In this document: piece by piece, positions 1-9,845 of the stretch
Layout: each line of letters opens with the position of its first letter
Position numbering within the stretch: the stretch's first letter is position 1
Virus record (IMG/VR): IMGVR_UViG_3300009370_000003
DNA length: 64,000 bases
Origin: a virus
Reading direction: 5' to 3' (one strand)
Translations under genes and position numbers: made by a program
The notes under the pieces: model-generated
What the model was told of the DNA's origin: nothing
Databases searched by the model: none
The model's input: the letters and a program-made list of their open reading frames with translations, nothing else

Positions 1-24
1 AAATATAATTTATCTTTGTATTTT

Positions 25-252
25 CTACCATTCTTTGTAGAACCCTTCTTTTTCGTTATCGTTATAACCTTTCATGTAAATCTTTATTTCATATGGAGTT
101 AATTCTGTCACCCTAGGGCCGTTATAGGTTCCAAGGGGAAAGTAGTGAGGATTTATACCTCGTCTATAATAAGAGTCGCAAGTACCTCTATCGTAAAGAC
201 CACCATTGACTGTATGTTTTTCTGCAATTCCTTCTGTATTATATGGACTCAT
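25..252 (-). CDS. hypothetical early protein
   Basis: ORF with GGAG RBS before ATG at 252, directly downstream of an early promoter copy (283-315). Confidence 0.6.
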   Translation of the reverse strand: MSPYNTEGIAEKHTVNGGLYDRGTCDSYYRRGINPHYFPLGTYNGPRVTELTPYEIKIYMKGYNDNEKEGFYKEW

Positions 253-282
253 AATTACTCCTTTTTTCCCATTTCTACATAC

Positions 283-315
283 ATTATACTTAAAAATGGA
301 AGGCATTGTCAAGGC
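283..315 (-). promoter_or_regulatory. early sigma70-type promoter (copy 1 of 5)
   Basis: GCC-TTGACA-ATGCCTTCCATTTTTAAG-TATAAT; same extended motif at 21204, 45416, 48331, 48476. Confidence 0.85.
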
Positions 316-623
316 AAAAAGGGCTGTTTTTCGTAAATATATGCCTCATTTTCGTCTATTTTTCCGTCAATTAGCACCTGTTTTAGGTGCATCATCTCAT
401 GAGCAAGGGTTATTTCCTTCTCATCGTCCATTTTGATATAAATGTCAATATAAGTCCTTTTTCCTAGGACTCTAGGGTACTCTATAAGGCCCTTTTGGGA
501 CATAGATGGGGGTAACCTCTTGATATGGACTATAGCGTCCTTAGAATCGACGCTAAGTGCCTTAGAATGCATTACTGCAAGGTCAAGTAATCTGTCTTGT
601 TTACAGTAAATCTCCATTATCAT
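309..623 (-). CDS. small HExxH (zincin-like) protein
   Basis: ITLAHEMMHLKQ motif followed by E-x-E-A-Y. Confidence 0.55.
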   Translation of the reverse strand: MIMEIYCKQDRLLDLAVMHSKALSVDSKDAIVHIKRLPPSMSQKGLIEYPRVLGKRTYIDIYIKMDDEKEITLAHEMMHLKQVLIDGKIDENEAYIYEKQPFLP

Positions 624-774
624 ACTCTAGTTCTTCGACTTGGTCAGGGTCGACTTCACAACCACAAAATGGACAATGACATACAACATAATGGTGGATA
701 TCCATTTCATGTTCTATATCACACTCTGATTTGCAATTTGAACAATAACACTTAATTATTTGAGATTCAGTCAT
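601..774 (-). CDS. small zinc-ribbon protein, 57 aa (not in ORF track)
   Basis: hand translation MTESQIIKCYCSNC...CHCPFCGCEV..., two CxxC pairs, ATGA overlap with upstream gene. Confidence 0.7.
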   Translation of the reverse strand: MTESQIIKCYCSNCKSECDIEHEMDIHHYVVCHCPFCGCEVDPDQVEELEYDNGDLL

Positions 775-1016
775 GATAGTTTCTTTTCTCCTATCGCTTC
801 AGTGAATAAATTTTCCATACTTTTCTTCTTGCCGTTGATAGTCGCGTATGGAAGTGGGTGTGGACTATCACTTAAATAAAAATCTAGACCCTCTATATAG
901 ACACGAACTTCTGCACTTGTATTGTCTATGCGAATGCTTCTAAAGATATGCTGATACCTCATACATTCTACATCCCAATCCTTTTCTTTGGGAAGATATA
1001 ATTTAAATTTCTTCAC
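771..1016 (-). CDS. hypothetical protein
   Basis: ORF packed in the minus-strand operon. Confidence 0.6.
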   Translation of the reverse strand: MKKFKLYLPKEKDWDVECMRYQHIFRSIRIDNTSAEVRVYIEGLDFYLSDSPHPLPYATINGKKKSMENLFTEAIGEKKLS

Positions 1017-1188
1017 CTACATATCTCTCTTTAAGATACTTTTGCCATAACCAATCAGTATATTTAGCAACATAGGCTTCTCTATCTAATCTATTTGGTG
1101 CTGATAATGGGTCGTTGTGTTCGTCACAATAGTCTAACCACATTCTTGTGCAGAATGATCTAAACGGTGCTTCTGTTCTATCCACCAT
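1003..1188 (-). CDS. hypothetical protein
   Basis: likely start at 1188 (MVDRTE...) rather than 1293, which would overlap glutaredoxin. Confidence 0.55.
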   Translation of the reverse strand: MVDRTEAPFRSFCTRMWLDYCDEHNDPLSAPNRLDREAYVAKYTDWLWQKYLKERYVGEEI

Positions 1189-1462
1189 GACTTTCGTGAC
1201 TTGGCCAGATATTTTTGGGTCTACTGCTTGAAACATTACCCCTCTTCTCATGCCATTTTCTAAATTCATCATATCCGCCAATGGCTTCACCATTAACTCT
1301 TATTTGTGGGAATGTTCTTGCATTAGGGAACTGTTCAAGTAATTCCTCTCGTGTAAAATCTTCGTCTAATTGCTTGTATATAAATTGATACCGTTGTGTC
1401 TGACACAAGAACTTTGCTTTCTCACAAAATGGACATTGTGGTTTACCAAATATTTCAATCAT
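1178..1462 (-). CDS. nrdC: glutaredoxin
   Basis: CPFC active site, TFPQI, IGGY; GGAGG RBS; near nrdAB. Confidence 0.93.
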   Translation of the reverse strand: MIEIFGKPQCPFCEKAKFLCQTQRYQFIYKQLDEDFTREELLEQFPNARTFPQIRVNGEAIGGYDEFRKWHEKRGNVSSSRPKNIWPSHESHGG

Positions 1463-1562
1463 ATTCCCTCCAAAAATCATTTTCGAAGGCAACTTGAATT
1501 CCTACATGTATTGCACTATCAACAAGTATTAATACTCCAAACATAATCCAACCTGATATCAT
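1455..1562 (-). CDS. small hydrophobic protein, 35 aa (not in ORF track)
   Basis: MISGWIMFGVLILVDSAIHVGIQVAFENDFWREYD fills the gap with overlapping start/stop. Confidence 0.45.
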   Translation of the reverse strand: MISGWIMFGVLILVDSAIHVGIQVAFENDFWREYD

Positions 1563-1717
1563 CTTCCTTGTCCTCTGTATGCTTTGTGTGATTTCTTTTT
1601 TGATTTGTTCATCGTTGACATTGATATCTTAGTTTTTCTACCTCTACCACCTTGTCCAATAGAAGATGCTTTTGGTGTAGTATCTCTTACATGTCTGAAT
1701 AGTCCTGATTTTCTCAT
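1559..1717 (-). CDS. small very basic protein, 52 aa (not in ORF track)
   Basis: MRKSGLFRH...NKSKKKSHKAYRGQGR with AGGAG RBS. Confidence 0.7.
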   Translation of the reverse strand: MRKSGLFRHVRDTTPKASSIGQGGRGRKTKISMSTMNKSKKKSHKAYRGQGR

Positions 1718-1729
1718 TGCTCTCCTGTG

Positions 1730-1996
1730 TTAAAGTTTAATTGCTAATAGTATGAATATCCCAAGTAGTGTGATTTCAACTAAAAACATTAGGCCTGCAA
1801 GAATGGTATGATACCATATCCACCTAGTCGCATATGCATTTTCTATTGATACTTCATCAGGGTCAGGTGAATATCTGTAAGACGGTTCATCTGTTATATC
1901 TCCCATGCCATGTAGTTTCTCTTCTACTTCTTGAATTCTTGTAACGAGCTCATCTTCCTCTTTGCTTCCCCATAATATGTGATACCATTTTTTCAT
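1730..1996 (-). CDS. hypothetical membrane protein
   Basis: C-terminal hydrophobic helix. Confidence 0.6.
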   Translation of the reverse strand: MKKWYHILWGSKEEDELVTRIQEVEEKLHGMGDITDEPSYRYSPDPDEVSIENAYATRWIWYHTILAGLMFLVEITLLGIFILLAIKL

Positions 1997-3090
1997 AACT
2001 TAAAGTCCGTAAATGTGTCGTCATCGACATCTTGTTTAATTCCACCAATGACATACGATTCTATTTCGGTCTCTTGTGGTGCGTTCTGTAATCCTCTACT
2101 CGTAAACCAATGTTGTGTCCATGGTAAAGGGTTATTAACACTGGATATATCATAAAGTGGTGATAATCCTAGCATTCTTAGTCTTTTATTTGCAATGTAT
2201 TCTATATAGTTTCCCAGTAATGGAACTGATAGTCCAATCATTGAACCGTCTTTGAATAGGAACTCTGCCCATTCTTTCTCTTGTGTTACTGCGTCCTCAT
2301 ACATTTGATAAACTTCTTTCTCACAATCCTTCATAACCTTTGTCATGAGTTTATCCTTTTCGGTATTTTTATATGCTTTCAGGATATGCTGTGTTATGCC
2401 CAAATGTTGGCTCTCGTCTCTCGCTATCAACGAGATAATCTTTGCACTTCCTTCCATGAGTTTTAACTCACCAAATGCAAATGAACATGCAAAGGATACA
2501 AAGAATCTAATACCTTCTAAGATATTAACTGATATCAATGCAAGGTAAAGTGCCTTATATAAATCATAATCGTCTACTTTAAGGTTCAGTAATTTCCTTC
2601 TACCTAGAGCTATGAAATGGTCATACTTTGCAGTCACCATTTCTGCTCTCTTAACGATTGCCTCTTCTTGTAATATTGTATCAAAGATATCACTTGGGTC
2701 TGAATACACATTCTTGATAATGTGTGTATAAGACCTACTGTGTATCGTCTCCATAAAGTCCCAAGTGATAATACAAGATTCCAGTTCAGGGAGAGTCACA
2801 AAAGGTAGAAATGCTATGCTTGGAGCTCTACCCTGAACGGAATCCAGTAAGGTTTGATACCTCAAGTTTGAGGTAAATATATGTTTCTGTGCTTTGTTTA
2901 ATGTCGTATAATCAGCACGGTCTTTCTGTAAGGACACCTCTTCGGGTCTCCAAAAGAATCCTAATTGTTTCTGTGTTAGTTTATCAAACACTGGATATTT
3001 GAATTCATCAAATCGTTGGGTGTTAAGTGGTTCTCCAAAAAACATTTTCTGTTTCGTGAAGTCTACTTGATTTTTATTAAATACTGTCAT
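1993..3090 (-). CDS. nrdB: ribonucleotide reductase class Ia beta subunit
   Basis: FFWRPEEV, ETIHSRSY, EGIRF, RDESQH, APQETE motifs. Confidence 0.98.
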   Translation of the reverse strand: MTVFNKNQVDFTKQKMFFGEPLNTQRFDEFKYPVFDKLTQKQLGFFWRPEEVSLQKDRADYTTLNKAQKHIFTSNLRYQTLLDSVQGRAPSIAFLPFVTLPELESCIITWDFMETIHSRSYTHIIKNVYSDPSDIFDTILQEEAIVKRAEMVTAKYDHFIALGRRKLLNLKVDDYDLYKALYLALISVNILEGIRFFVSFACSFAFGELKLMEGSAKIISLIARDESQHLGITQHILKAYKNTEKDKLMTKVMKDCEKEVYQMYEDAVTQEKEWAEFLFKDGSMIGLSVPLLGNYIEYIANKRLRMLGLSPLYDISSVNNPLPWTQHWFTSRGLQNAPQETEIESYVIGGIKQDVDDDTFTDFKL

Positions 3091-4163
3091 TATGCTGGTG
3101 TCTGTCTCGGGGTTTTAACTATTTCAGCGTTCTTGTGTTGTGTCTCAAAGATATTAGGATCGTTTTCTACAACCTTTCCGTCCACTATTTGTTTAAATTC
3201 TTGATATCTATTAACGAAATCTGACTTTTGATGCACAGCCCATATTTCTTTATTGTGCCATACATCTGACATTAATTTCTCGTGTGATTTGAATTCCCAA
3301 CTGTCTACATCTTGAGGGTGATATCTAGACCGTCTTCCATCAAATCTACAAGGGAAAACTGGGTCATTTTGTGCTCTAATATGCTGGGGTTGAGTGTCTG
3401 CTACTCGGTCTGCGCCAGGCATTGAAAGCATGTTAGTGGTTTTGTTATAAAAATGTAAAAACATATGATAACTTTCATTACCTAAAAGATACTCTCTCCA
3501 GTGTGCAACATTTGGGCCTTGATACATTAATACATCACCAACCTCTAAATCTATTCTCTTTGCATTCTTTCTTTGTCTAATAGGAACTGCTTGAGTATTT
3601 TCCCAAATTTCATTTGGAGTATTAATCCAGTCTTTACTATTATCAACCCATATTGGCCATGGTCTATTGTCGTCTGTCTTATAATCTAGACAAATTGTTG
3701 CACTGACTTCACATGAAGGTCTATCAGCATGTGCTTTAAGATATGCACCTCTTTGATACTTTCTTGTGTACGAATATGTTTCTTGAAGGTTAAGGTCAAT
3801 TACATCTTTTAATGCTTCCCATAACCACCTATGTAATGCAACACCCATAGGTGAACACCACATACCATTTGATTTGTAAAATGAATCCTCGGGAGCTTTT
3901 TTATCAATGATTAACTCTTCTAACTCTAAATGTTGTGACATGTCAGGGTCGAGTTCCATTCTCTTCCATGCGTCCAAAGCCATGTTGATAATGTCTTTAG
4001 GAATGAAATCTCTTAATATGACATACCCCTCTTTCATGAATTTCCATGTTTCGGGATTAGTTGAACCAGCTAATACAGTCCCACCCTTACCTTTCTTAAT
4101 GTCTTCTGAGATTGCGCCTTCTACAATATACTGTATCGTTCTGTCTTCAAATTGAACAGGCAT
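3090..4163 (-). CDS. 2OG-Fe(II) oxygenase-like protein
   Basis: YTRKY..GAYLKAHADRPSCEVS (HxD), GDVLMYQG..AHWRE; start uncertain (4163 or 4187). Confidence 0.75.
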   Translation of the reverse strand: MPVQFEDRTIQYIVEGAISEDIKKGKGGTVLAGSTNPETWKFMKEGYVILRDFIPKDIINMALDAWKRMELDPDMSQHLELEELIIDKKAPEDSFYKSNGMWCSPMGVALHRWLWEALKDVIDLNLQETYSYTRKYQRGAYLKAHADRPSCEVSATICLDYKTDDNRPWPIWVDNSKDWINTPNEIWENTQAVPIRQRKNAKRIDLEVGDVLMYQGPNVAHWREYLLGNESYHMFLHFYNKTTNMLSMPGADRVADTQPQHIRAQNDPVFPCRFDGRRSRYHPQDVDSWEFKSHEKLMSDVWHNKEIWAVHQKSDFVNRYQEFKQIVDGKVVENDPNIFETQHKNAEIVKTPRQTPA

Positions 4164-6450
4164 CGCAGTCTTCCTCACTTTCTTCATTGAATGGGTCTCT
4201 AGGTAAATCTTCTAGAACCACATCTTCTACTTTACCGTCCATGGTGTTTTGGTAATAAGATGTTTTCCACCCATACTTATATGTAGTCAATAAATCTTTT
4301 GCCATAATAGATATTGGCACTTCATGATTATCATAGTTTTCGGGATTATATGACCAGTTTCCGCTGATTGCTTGGTCAAAGAACTTTTGCATGATTGCAA
4401 CTACTTTTATATAACCATCATTATCTTCCATGTCCCACAACAATGTATAAAAGTTTTTTAACATTGAATACTGAGGGACAACTTGTTTAAGGGTTCCTTT
4501 TTTACTCTTCTTAACAGACAAGTGGTCTCTAGGTGGTTCTACACCATTCGTTGCATTAGAAACGACGCTAGAACTCTCTGACGGCATTTGTGCAGTCAAG
4601 GTTGAGTGTCTTACACCATGTTCTTTTATGTCTTTTCTTAAGGTTTCCCAGTCCATATTGTATACTGGTTTAACTAACTCGTCTACCTCTTGTTTGTATG
4701 TGTCTATTGGTAATAGACTGTCTGCATACTTGGTTCTATGGAAGTATTCACATGCACCTTTCTCTTGTGCAAGTTGATTGCTTGCTTTTAGAAGATAGAA
4801 TTGGAACCGCTCTGTTAGTTCATGCACCAGTTTTAATGCTTCGGGGTCGTTATATTTAACCTTGTTTTTTGCAAGGTAATGTGCCAGTCCAATGTATCCT
4901 ATACCAAGACTTCGTCTTGCTTTAGTAGATACTTCTGCAGCTATAACTGGATACTCTTGAAAGTCTATCAGTTCTTCAAGTCCTCTCACTGCTAAGTCAC
5001 AAAGAGATTCCAGTTCTTCTTCTTTAACAATACCCACATTAATTGCACTTAATATACACAATGCAATTTCACCTTCTCCTTCTATATTTTGGATAGGGTC
5101 TGTGGGTAATGTTATCTCTTGACAAAGATTACTCATGTTTACTTTGTCTTTAAAACTACTGTGTGTATTACAGTGGTCTATATTCATAATGTAAATACGG
5201 CCAGTCTCTGCTCGTTCTTTTAATAAATCTGTTATGAGTTCTCTTGCACTAACCTTTTTCTGTGGGATAGAATATGCTCTCTCATACTTTTCATACAATT
5301 TGTCAAACTCTTCTGTCCCAAATGCTTCGTATAAGCCGGGCACTTCATGAGGTGAGAATAAAGTAATGTCTTCATTCTTTAAGAACCTTTCATAGAAGAG
5401 CTTACTGAATTGAATCGAGTAATCAAGTTTCCTAACACGGTTGTCTTCCGTGCCTTTGTTGTTCTTAAGGACAATAATGTCTTCAATCTCTTGGTGCCAG
5501 ATTGGGAAGTGGACAGTTGCCGATCCACCTCTAACACCATTCTGTGTGCAACATCTAACTGTGCTCTCAAATTTTTTAAGGAAAGGGATAAGTCCTGTAT
5601 GTTGGACTTCTCCACCTCTAATTTTGCTACCAATTCCTCGAATTCTTCCTGCGTTAATTCCGATACCCGCTCTCTGCGCAACATATTTTCCAATGGCATG
5701 GTCACTTGAGAAGATACTGTCGAGAGTATCGTCTGAATCGACAAGTACGCAGCTCGCAAATTGTCTAAGTGGTGTTCTAACTCCTGCCATAATTGGCGTC
5801 GGTATGTTAATTTTGAATTGACTGATCGCATCATAGTATCTTTTGACATAATCTAATCTTACCTCTTTGTCATAATTTTGAAATAGAGTCATTGCAATTA
5901 GCATATACATAAACTGTGGAGTCTCATAAACTTCTGCAGTTGACCTATCTTGAACCAAATACTTGTCTACTATCTGTTGAAGACCAGCATATGTAAAAGT
6001 TAAATCTCGTGCATGTTTAATATATGTGTTGCACTTCTCTATCTCTTCTTTTGTGTATTGATCTAATATATCTTTATCATATACACCCCATTCTATATTT
6101 CTCTGTATTATTTCATACAGTGGTGGATAGATTGTATTATCTTTCCACTTCGTATTAAACACCTGCTTTTGTATTGCAAACAATAAGAGTCTTGCAGCTA
6201 CAAATTGATAGTTAGGATTGTCTAATGTTATTAAGTCATGTGCTGACTTAATTAAAATCTGTTGAATTTCTTTTGTGGTTATTCCTTCATAGAATTGAAG
6301 ACCACTATTCATTTCTATCATTGACTCACTGACACCTGTGATGTGTCTACATGATTTTTCCACCATTACATGAATTTTATCTAAATTTATTGATACTTTT
6401 GACCCGTCTGCTTTGACAACCTTTATTCCACCATTCCCGTTATAACTCAT
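4147..6450 (-). CDS. nrdA: ribonucleotide reductase class Ia alpha subunit
   Basis: N-terminal ATP cone, SNLCQEI, PSESSS, KTSYY, C-terminal CDAC. Confidence 0.98.
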   Translation of the reverse strand: MSYNGNGGIKVVKADGSKVSINLDKIHVMVEKSCRHITGVSESMIEMNSGLQFYEGITTKEIQQILIKSAHDLITLDNPNYQFVAARLLLFAIQKQVFNTKWKDNTIYPPLYEIIQRNIEWGVYDKDILDQYTKEEIEKCNTYIKHARDLTFTYAGLQQIVDKYLVQDRSTAEVYETPQFMYMLIAMTLFQNYDKEVRLDYVKRYYDAISQFKINIPTPIMAGVRTPLRQFASCVLVDSDDTLDSIFSSDHAIGKYVAQRAGIGINAGRIRGIGSKIRGGEVQHTGLIPFLKKFESTVRCCTQNGVRGGSATVHFPIWHQEIEDIIVLKNNKGTEDNRVRKLDYSIQFSKLFYERFLKNEDITLFSPHEVPGLYEAFGTEEFDKLYEKYERAYSIPQKKVSARELITDLLKERAETGRIYIMNIDHCNTHSSFKDKVNMSNLCQEITLPTDPIQNIEGEGEIALCILSAINVGIVKEEELESLCDLAVRGLEELIDFQEYPVIAAEVSTKARRSLGIGYIGLAHYLAKNKVKYNDPEALKLVHELTERFQFYLLKASNQLAQEKGACEYFHRTKYADSLLPIDTYKQEVDELVKPVYNMDWETLRKDIKEHGVRHSTLTAQMPSESSSVVSNATNGVEPPRDHLSVKKSKKGTLKQVVPQYSMLKNFYTLLWDMEDNDGYIKVVAIMQKFFDQAISGNWSYNPENYDNHEVPISIMAKDLLTTYKYGWKTSYYQNTMDGKVEDVVLEDLPRDPFNEESEEDCDACSI

Positions 6451-7472
6451 GTTTTCTTATACTCCGTAAGTTTTGCTTTTGCTGAGAGGCCGTTGTAAGT
6501 ATTCGAAGTAATTATTTCAACTACATCATCTGTTGTCAATCCACCTTGAATCATGTCATTGATATCTTTAAATTCAGATACCCGTCTATCATTCCAAATA
6601 CAGACATTCCAACCGAGGTTAATAACTTCCTCTAGTTTTTTAATTATCTCTGTATTTCTTGGTTCGTTATCATAAATGATTATTGCGTTGTCTTTAAATT
6701 TAATATCTAATTTCTTAAAGTCACTACCACCAACTGCAATACTGTTGGGAAGGAATAAACTATCTATTGGCCCCTCTGTTACAAAGATAGTTTTTGAGTT
6801 GTCCACATTATTAATGTTATAGATGAGTGGAACATCATCTACGAATCTCATGGTTAAGTATCGTAATGGCGAGTCATTAATAGCACGACCACTTACACCA
6901 ATCAAATCACCTTTAGTATCATAGAAAGGTATGACTATGCGTGGGTCGTTTCCTAAAACTCTATCTTTATACTTTTCAGATAAGTTTCCAAGAGTTTGAG
7001 CTTGTCTAACGAACCACAATTTTTTGATTTCTTCCGTAGGAATTTTCCTAGATTCAAGGTATTCCCTAGACTCGTGGTTTTCGATTGCACGAAAACACAA
7101 TGCGGTTAAATCAACTTCCTTCATATTTAGAAGTTCTTTTCGCGGAGTAAACTTGAAATCGTTAGAACTTCTTGTCTTTTTTGCTCTTGGAGTTTTACCA
7201 CTTTCTTTTAACCATTCTTTAATGTATTCTTTGTGAATAACGGGAAAATGGTCTTTGAGAAAGTTCACACTTGAGGTAGATTTACCACAATTATGACACT
7301 TGTATATGAAGTTTTGTTCCACGGTAAAGTGGAATCCCCGAGCCTTGTATTGATTCTTCTGTGAATCTCCACAATAAGGACAACGGTGATTTAATGTGTT
7401 CTCATTCTTCCACTTCGCCTGATCCAGTGAGGATAGGACTTGGGAAAGATACTTTCTTTCCAACCATAGCAT
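6447..7472 (-). CDS. gp61: DNA primase (T4 gp61-like)
   Basis: CPYCGDS zinc motif, CHNC, TOPRIM EGPIDS and DNE. Confidence 0.95.
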   Translation of the reverse strand: MLWLERKYLSQVLSSLDQAKWKNENTLNHRCPYCGDSQKNQYKARGFHFTVEQNFIYKCHNCGKSTSSVNFLKDHFPVIHKEYIKEWLKESGKTPRAKKTRSSNDFKFTPRKELLNMKEVDLTALCFRAIENHESREYLESRKIPTEEIKKLWFVRQAQTLGNLSEKYKDRVLGNDPRIVIPFYDTKGDLIGVSGRAINDSPLRYLTMRFVDDVPLIYNINNVDNSKTIFVTEGPIDSLFLPNSIAVGGSDFKKLDIKFKDNAIIIYDNEPRNTEIIKKLEEVINLGWNVCIWNDRRVSEFKDINDMIQGGLTTDDVVEIITSNTYNGLSAKAKLTEYKKT

Positions 7473-7479
7473 ATATAAT

Positions 7480-7517
7480 ATTATACTATAAAAGGGTGGT
7501 TTCTACAAGGTGGTTTT
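7480..7517 (-). promoter_or_regulatory. AAAACC-box promoter for primase
   Basis: AAAACCACC-TTGTAG-N17-TATAAT. Confidence 0.65.
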
Positions 7518-8687
7518 CCTGATATCGTCCATTTTCTTTTTCGGCACCTGTAGTATATATCGTTGTTCTACTACCTTGGGCTTTTCCTCTTCTACCCTAC
7601 GAGCAATTAACCCAACAGAAGTGATTAGAAGAAGTATTGCCAGTGGGTCAAATACGAATATCAGAGCAAAAATGACAGCCCTAATGGCATTGTCAAGATA
7701 CTTGACACTCTCGTCTTGACCGTATATTACTTCTGCAATATACTTGATTGGGCCTACTTCCCTTTCAAATCCTAGTATTTCTTGGTCAAATACAAACTTT
7801 TCTTCCTTTAATTCTTCTATTGTATCATATATCTCATCGATTTGTCCAGTGTATTCTTCTGTGTCTGCAATTATATTATCTTGTGAATCTGTATTTTGTG
7901 TCTGCAGTCTTCTAATTTCTGCATTTGCTTCGTTGATAATCGTCTGTGCTTGAGCTCTATAATTATCAATGTTATCCTGTTGTTTGCTTATATCACTTGC
8001 AATTCGTTCTCGTTGGTCTCTTTGTTGTTCAAACAATTCGTTTGCCTGTGCAATATAATCAATCTTCTCTACCTCTCCAGCATCGAATATAGTAGCTTCC
8101 TCTAGTCTTATTATTTCAACACCTTTGTTTCTTAATTCATTTACGGCAGCGTCTAAGATAGTCAGCTGACTTCTAATACTTGTTATGTTTCCTTCTGCAT
8201 ACTCAATATCACCCTGAACTCTCTCCCATGCACCATCTCTTATGGCTATTTGAGCATTAACTGCGTCTGTTATATCATATTGTCCTGTCCCTAGAGATTC
8301 TATCCTGTTCTCTAGCGTGAGAATCTTATTTTCTTCTCGCTGAATAATGTTTTCTATTCGGGTAATCTCTGACTGTGCAACACCAGTTGCATATGAAGTG
8401 TCTGAACTAGCTTTGGCAAGGTATCCAAAAATACCTAATGAGGTGATTAACATGAGAACAAACACGGAGAGTGCAAGGTAGTATTTCATGAAACCTAACC
8501 TGTCCCATACTAAGTGTAAGTATGCAGCGGTGACTATCTTTCCAAATTCTAGAACAGATGCCATGACTACGACACCAAGATATGCTCCAGCAAATATGGT
8601 TGCGAGACCAAGAATACTAAAGTATGCAGCGATGCCTGCAATGCTTAGGCTTGTGAATAGTGCTAACAGATTCAATAATTTCATCAT
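7503..8687 (-). CDS. multi-TM protein with long coiled coil
   Basis: three N-terminal hydrophobic helices, long heptad-rich region, C-terminal TM (FVFDPLAILLL). Confidence 0.7.
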   Translation of the reverse strand: MMKLLNLLALFTSLSIAGIAAYFSILGLATIFAGAYLGVVVMASVLEFGKIVTAAYLHLVWDRLGFMKYYLALSVFVLMLITSLGIFGYLAKASSDTSYATGVAQSEITRIENIIQREENKILTLENRIESLGTGQYDITDAVNAQIAIRDGAWERVQGDIEYAEGNITSIRSQLTILDAAVNELRNKGVEIIRLEEATIFDAGEVEKIDYIAQANELFEQQRDQRERIASDISKQQDNIDNYRAQAQTIINEANAEIRRLQTQNTDSQDNIIADTEEYTGQIDEIYDTIEELKEEKFVFDQEILGFEREVGPIKYIAEVIYGQDESVKYLDNAIRAVIFALIFVFDPLAILLLITSVGLIARRVEEEKPKVVEQRYILQVPKKKMDDIRKTTL

Positions 8688-8721
8688 AAATTATGTTAGT
8701 TCTATGACATAGAGTTTCTCA

Positions 8722-9294
8722 TTAATATACATCTTCTGCACTCACAAAGACTCTGTTTGTTCCAACAAACCCTTCGTAAACAGAAATACCAAATACTTTA
8801 GTGACTTCACCTTTAATTTCTACTGCTGTTTTAGGTTTGTATAATGTTTCATCAAATTCATTCTTGAAACGGAGTCTATATGTCCCCTTGTGTAGGTTAG
8901 GTAAATCTAATGTCTCTGTAATAAGTTCAGGATTAAAGTTATCACTCTCCTTTAAATATCTGTAGAACTTTTCATAAAGTTCTTCAGCTTGTTCGTCAGA
9001 AAGTTCACAATGTTCCTTAAGTAATGCAAGTGCTACAGCGTATGAAGCAAACTGTGTTTTACCGAATGGAACTTTGTTGATAATCCTTTTTAAATTGAAA
9101 ACTAATCTATGCAACATAGTAAGAGAGCTCTTTTCTATCTTAGTCTTTGGAACATTCTTTGTCCCGTCTGCAAGTGTCTTAATTCTCTTTCCTTTTGCGT
9201 CAATAAACCCAAGTTGGTATGCCTTTTGTTTATTCCAAGGTGTTACCAATAATTTGAGTATGCGAAAGACTATTAGTGTATCTATAATTCTCAT
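8722..9294 (-). CDS. hypothetical protein typical of marine T4-like phages
   Basis: FRILKLLVTPW..AY..G.ID..G, HRLVFNLKR; CTAAATA late-type promoter upstream. Confidence 0.75.
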   Translation of the reverse strand: MRIIDTLIVFRILKLLVTPWNKQKAYQLGFIDAKGKRIKTLADGTKNVPKTKIEKSSLTMLHRLVFNLKRIINKVPFGKTQFASYAVALALLKEHCELSDEQAEELYEKFYRYLKESDNFNPELITETLDLPNLHKGTYRLRFKNEFDETLYKPKTAVEIKGEVTKVFGISVYEGFVGTNRVFVSAEDVY

Positions 9295-9312
9295 ACAACT
9301 ATTTAGGTATTT

Positions 9313-9684
9313 TTAGAGTTCTCTTAATCGAGATGCTAGAGGTTCGTCTATTTTTATATCAGTTTTCCATGATTCATCTATATACCCTAGGTATAATAAC
9401 ATGGTCTTTATTGAAGTCCAATATTTGTCGTCTTTGATTTTAAAGTCTAGCATTCTCATGCATGGATCATAGCCAAATACATTAAAGAGACAAATAAGGT
9501 GGTTTAACATGAGTCTTTCTCTCATTTCACCATTAGTATGATAACGGTGTAGTAATCGTTTGAGATATCTGAACCTTCTTAAGTCTTCTTGGAAGTCCTC
9601 AACCGACTCACATTGTGGGTCGTCATAATGCTTCATTGCATATGCTTGAAAGTTCTTTGCAGTGATTTTGTCAAATAGACTCAT
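9313..9684 (-). CDS. hypothetical protein typical of marine T4-like phages
   Basis: AMKHYDDPQC..EDF.EDL.RF.YLKRL; CTAAATA upstream. Confidence 0.75.
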   Translation of the reverse strand: MSLFDKITAKNFQAYAMKHYDDPQCESVEDFQEDLRRFRYLKRLLHRYHTNGEMRERLMLNHLICLFNVFGYDPCMRMLDFKIKDDKYWTSIKTMLLYLGYIDESWKTDIKIDEPLASRLREL

Positions 9685-9697
9685 AATATATTAATAT

Positions 9698-9845
9698 TTA
9701 GACACCCCGAAGGGATAAGATATACGACCTCTGACTTGGCCTTCACTATTAAGAAGTAGGGCCGTATCTCTACGGGACTCCTCTCTTCCCTAATTATCTC
9801 TTGGTATTAGTCTCACCCTTTCTTCAAAGTGGGTTTAGACTAATG
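9698..9845 (-). ncRNA. candidate structured intergenic RNA
   Basis: GC-enriched spacer with ATTAGTCT/AGACTAAT stem, CCGTA-GAGA-TACGG GNRA hairpin and CCC-TTCG-GGG hairpin. Confidence 0.4.

Noticed and set aside
5379-5849. 156-aa alternative-frame ORF inside nrdA
   Set aside because: Fully nested in a conserved gene with no motif or RBS; nrdA is uninterrupted
9698-9845. Cobalamin riboswitch or hammerhead ribozyme call for the spacer
   Set aside because: Only GGGAA and AAGTCAG fragments resemble the riboswitch; the remaining core and the hammerhead CUGANGA/GAAA core are absent
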